Source: Candidatus Bathyarchaeota archaeon (GTDB lineage: Archaea > Thermoproteota > Bathyarchaeia > TCS64). Taken from it: a stretch of 64,000 nt of DNA. Position numbers and translations under genes: made by a program. This document shows positions 60,306 to 64,000 of the stretch, one piece after another; within the stretch, counting starts at the first letter, position 1, and each line of letters starts with the position of its first letter. The DNA lies in assembly GCA_963771885.1 (NCBI GenBank), contig CAVYVF010000007.1, positions 82,774 to 146,773 of the forward strand, given 5' to 3'. The notes beneath the pieces were generated by a model. That model made no database searches. It was not told the DNA's origin and saw nothing but the letters and a program-made list of their open reading frames with translations.

Positions 60306-61547
60306 ATGAGGCTCGCGATAGTGGGCGCCGGCATCAGGGGGTGCAGCTCTGCCTACTTCGCTCACAGGCTCATGCCGTCGCTCGATATTACCATCTACGA
60401 GCGATCGGACCGGGTCGGCGGCCGCGTCTACGGTGTGAACATCGACGACGAGTGGGTCGAGGTGGGAGCCTCATTCTTCAAGGGCGGTCACAGGCTGCTC
60501 ATCGGGCTCCTCACTGAACTCGGCATAAAGGTGAGCCCGGTCACCCGCCCAAGGTCGATCGGAGTCTGGGACGGCGAGAAATTCACACTCAAAATAGACA
60601 ACTCAGTCGTAGCTGCCATACGTTTACTCACGCGTCACCCCTGCGACATCCTGAGGCTATATTTGATGCTCCGTGAGCTGGGTAGTAGAAACCGAGCCCT
60701 CTACAGCGAAGTGGAGAGCCACCCTAGGGAGTGGGACGAGCTCTACGCAACCGCAGGGATCAACGAGTGGCTTGAAAAGACGTTGGAGGAGACACTGCTC
60801 GAACGAGGAATCCACCCACGTTTCATCCATGACGTGGTGGAGCCGGTAATCCGCGTCATCTACAATCAGGCGAGCTCGATGAACGCCTACGCTGGGCTCT
60901 TCACGGTGGACATCTTGAATGGACGGACATACAAGGTCGTCTCCGGCAACGAGGTCATCCCACGGAGGCTTGCAGAGGTTTCGGGTGCCACAGTGAGGCT
61001 GGGCACAGAGGTCAAAGGCATCACAAAGGGTAACGATGGTAAATACGCAGTCTCTGGAGAGGGCTTCTCAGACGAGTACGACGCGGTCATCATAGCAAAT
61101 CCCGACGCCTGCCATCTGATACCTGGATGCCTACCTGTGAAGTATCAGCGTGTATACGTACGGATCATACGTGGCACGTTGAGGGATTCTTATTTCAAAC
61201 TCCGCTCCGGGCAAAATCTCCCTGAAACCATTGCGTCGACCCGTGAGGTCCCCTGGACCCACATCATTAAGCTCCCATCTGCAGAGGTCAAGTCTTTATA
61301 CAGTATCGCCTCCCCGACTCCTATAGACTACCTCGAAGACATCTTCGCTGAGCACGAGGTGGTCTTCGAGCACGACTGGGAAAAGGCATATCCCGTCCTT
61401 GAGCCTGTAAGGGAGTTGCCCAGATGCAATGTTGGGCGTCTCCTCTACTACCCGAGCTACTCCGAGTCCGCCGTATCTGCAATGGAGTCGTCGGTTCTCT
61501 CCGCCCTCAACTGCGTGAACAAGCTGAAACGCGACTTGGAACGCTGA
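60306..61547 (+). CDS. Prenylcysteine oxidase/lyase-like FAD-dependent oxidoreductase
   Basis: AIVGAGIRGCSSAYF, VGGR, EVGAS, GVWDG, RVIYNQ…NAYAG, SGN, YDAVIIA, AYPVL, LYY…ESAVSAMESSVLSALN. Collinear with PCYOX1 motifs recalled from memory. Confidence 0.75.
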   Translation: MRLAIVGAGIRGCSSAYFAHRLMPSLDITIYERSDRVGGRVYGVNIDDEWVEVGASFFKGGHRLLIGLLTELGIKVSPVTRPRSIGVWDGEKFTLKIDNSVVAAIRLLTRHPCDILRLYLMLRELGSRNRALYSEVESHPREWDELYATAGINEWLEKTLEETLLERGIHPRFIHDVVEPVIRVIYNQASSMNAYAGLFTVDILNGRTYKVVSGNEVIPRRLAEVSGATVRLGTEVKGITKGNDGKYAVSGEGFSDEYDAVIIANPDACHLIPGCLPVKYQRVYVRIIRGTLRDSYFKLRSGQNLPETIASTREVPWTHIIKLPSAEVKSLYSIASPTPIDYLEDIFAEHEVVFEHDWEKAYPVLEPVRELPRCNVGRLLYYPSYSESAVSAMESSVLSALNCVNKLKRDLER

Positions 61548-61599
61548 TGTTTTTAACGCATTGGCGGCTCAGTGAAGTGGAGCAATCGGAGGAGTCTGA

Positions 61600-62584
61600 G
61601 TGAAGGTCATCGACGTCCATAACCACATCAACCCACGGCCCTTCCTCGATGCCGTGAAGGCCGGCCGCAGCTGGCACGGCTTCACAGCCAAGCAGGGTGA
61701 GCTAGAGAACCCGAGGAACAGCTGGGACTCTCGAGGAACGCATCAGAGAGATGGATGAACTCGGCGTGGGAATGCAGGTGCTCACCGTCTACGGCGACTT
61801 CAACAAGTATGATCTCGCGCCTGCCAAGGCGAAAGCGGTCTTCGAGGCATGCAACGATGAGGTGGCGGCGATGGTCGACGACCACTCAGACCGTTTCGTG
61901 GGGATGGGTATACTCCCTATGCAGGACCCTGATGCCGCCGTGGTTGAACTCGAGCGCGTCGTCAAGAACCTCGGCTTCAAGGGCGTGACGATAAAAGACC
62001 ACATACTCGGGCACACTCTCGATGAGCCACAGTTCATCCCCTTCTGGGAGACGGCCGAGCGGCTCGGCGCCGTCGTCGAGTTCCACCAGGGTAGCACAAT
62101 CGTCTTCGAGCGGATCCCACGCTACTTCCTCGAGAACACCGTTGGCAACCTCGTCGAGAGGACGCTCACGTACGGCGCACTCGTGCAGGGAGGCGTAATG
62201 GACCGCTTCCCCGAGCTGAAGGTCTGCCTCCTCCACGGAGGCGGCTACGTCGCCTTCGCCATAGCCCGCATGGACAAGGGCTGGGAGGCGGCAAAGCTCG
62301 ACTACATGGTCAAATACTCTGCCGAAGAGAGCCGCCAATCCCTCCCGAAGCCCCCTAGCAGTTATGTTGGACGCTTCTACTACGACTGCGCCACCTTCAG
62401 CGAACCTACACTCCGCTTCCTGATAGACGCCGTGGGAATAGATAGAGTCGTCTTCGGCACCGACTATCCTTGCCCAATGGAGATGATAGACTCCGTCAAC
62501 TGGATCAACGGCTTAAAGAGCCTCACGGAGTCAGAGAAAAAAGCGATTCTCGTGGATAACCCCGCCAAAATGCTAAGCATGTAA
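61600..62584 (+). CDS. Amidohydrolase_2 family (ACMSD-like decarboxylase/hydrolase), frameshift near 61725
   Basis: GTG start MKVIDVHNH, MDELGV, LPMQDPDAAVVEL, FH, HGGG, FGTDYP. Confidence 0.82.
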
Positions 62585-62702
62585 CTCGTCAATCATAGCC
62601 AACCTTCTTTCTTCACAAGCCTTTAACAAGATCTTATCTTGGTTGATGCTTAGCCTCAACCAATCTGGACCATTATCTTATCCTATACGGGCCTTACATT
62701 AA

Positions 62703-63002
62703 ATGATCAATATGTTGTACCTTCTATTCTGGGAGCAGAAGGAGATGCCCCCGGGTGAACGCGAAAAATTCTCCCAAAAAGCCAGAGAGGAACGTGGAAA
62801 AGAAGAGAAATATGGTAAAGAGATCCTACCTCCACACTTCTACGAAACTGGAAAAGGCATCACAATTATAGAAATAGATGAACCTAAGCAACTAGCGAAT
62901 AGAATGGCCCTAATAGCGCCGTATACGACCATCAAGGCTCTTCCCCTCATCAGGACAACGACTTTCAGCGAATCCGTAAAAGAAATCCATCACATGAAAT
63001 AA
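62703..63002 (+). CDS. Small hypothetical protein (possibly ferredoxin-like/DUF3303-type fold)
   Basis: Coding-like composition, GKGITIIE…P.L pattern. Confidence 0.5.
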   Translation: MINMLYLLFWEQKEMPPGEREKFSQKAREERGKEEKYGKEILPPHFYETGKGITIIEIDEPKQLANRMALIAPYTTIKALPLIRTTTFSESVKEIHHMK

Positions 63003-63119
63003 CTATTCCCCTGTGCCTGATCGATTTTACCCGAGTTAATAGAAATATTAGATAACATATTGGTAGACCGTTAACGACGCCGTAGTTGCCACTTCTGTCC
63101 GAAATATCGGGTGTTAATA

Positions 63120-63179
63120 AAAATCATATTATTTATGTACAATTTCACTAGTGCACACATAGTTAAATAATATTATTTA
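63120..63179. promoter_or_regulatory. Two copies of a 16-bp AT-rich palindrome upstream of katG
   Basis: TAAATAATATTATTTA (63164-63179, perfect) and AAAATCATATTATTTA (63120-63135, 2 mismatches), 44 bp apart. Confidence 0.55.
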
Positions 63180-63210
63180 CAATTAAAATGTGAACTCTTG
63201 TTTAATGTGA

Positions 63211-64000
<790 letters not shown>

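Noticed and set aside
14547-61547. A complete CAAX prenylation pathway (prenyltransferase-like, Rce1-like and PCYOX-like genes)
   Set aside because: The genes are tens of kb apart, CPBP proteases and QW-repeat proteins are widespread in prokaryotes, and no FTase alpha subunit or ICMT is visible. Kept only as a note.
5812-62338. Many long antisense or alternate-frame ORFs (e.g. 5812-6414, 21342-21992, 38330-39043, 44550-45458)
   Set aside because: They shadow well-supported genes in GC3-rich sequence and show no family motifs.

Overview
An archaeal chromosomal segment. TATA/BRE promoters with many leaderless TTG/GTG starts, an archaeal-type tRNA-Asp, archaeal-type leu genes, an ADP-forming acyl-CoA synthetase beta subunit and an AF0577-like radical SAM enzyme point to an anaerobic heterotroph. 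Bathyarchaeia is my best guess, and this is inference only. Core content: korAB, lpdA, a DRG-type GTPase, thrB-thrC-lysC-asd, leuACDB, upp, cysteine synthase, a MarR gene with a heterodimeric ABC exporter, oligoendopeptidase F, several flavodoxin-fold proteins, tRNA-Asp(GTC) and the 5' part of katG. I saw no CRISPR array, integrase or transposase. At least 8 genes are broken by single-base indels, which suggests long-read consensus errors or recent decay. Top candidates for new biology: (1) a translationally coupled GH172/DUF2961 glycosidase, FucI-family isomerase and FGGY kinase operon, suggesting a phosphorylative D-arabinofuranoside/D-arabinose catabolic route in an archaeon; (2) a full-length homologue of eukaryotic prenylcysteine oxidase; (3) an uncalled 33-aa classical C2H2 zinc-finger microprotein; (4) a solute-binding protein and histidine kinase pair with no transporter or response regulator; (5) an intergenic hairpin RNA flanked by hammerhead-like core motifs. 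All family calls come from motif recognition by eye, not database searches.
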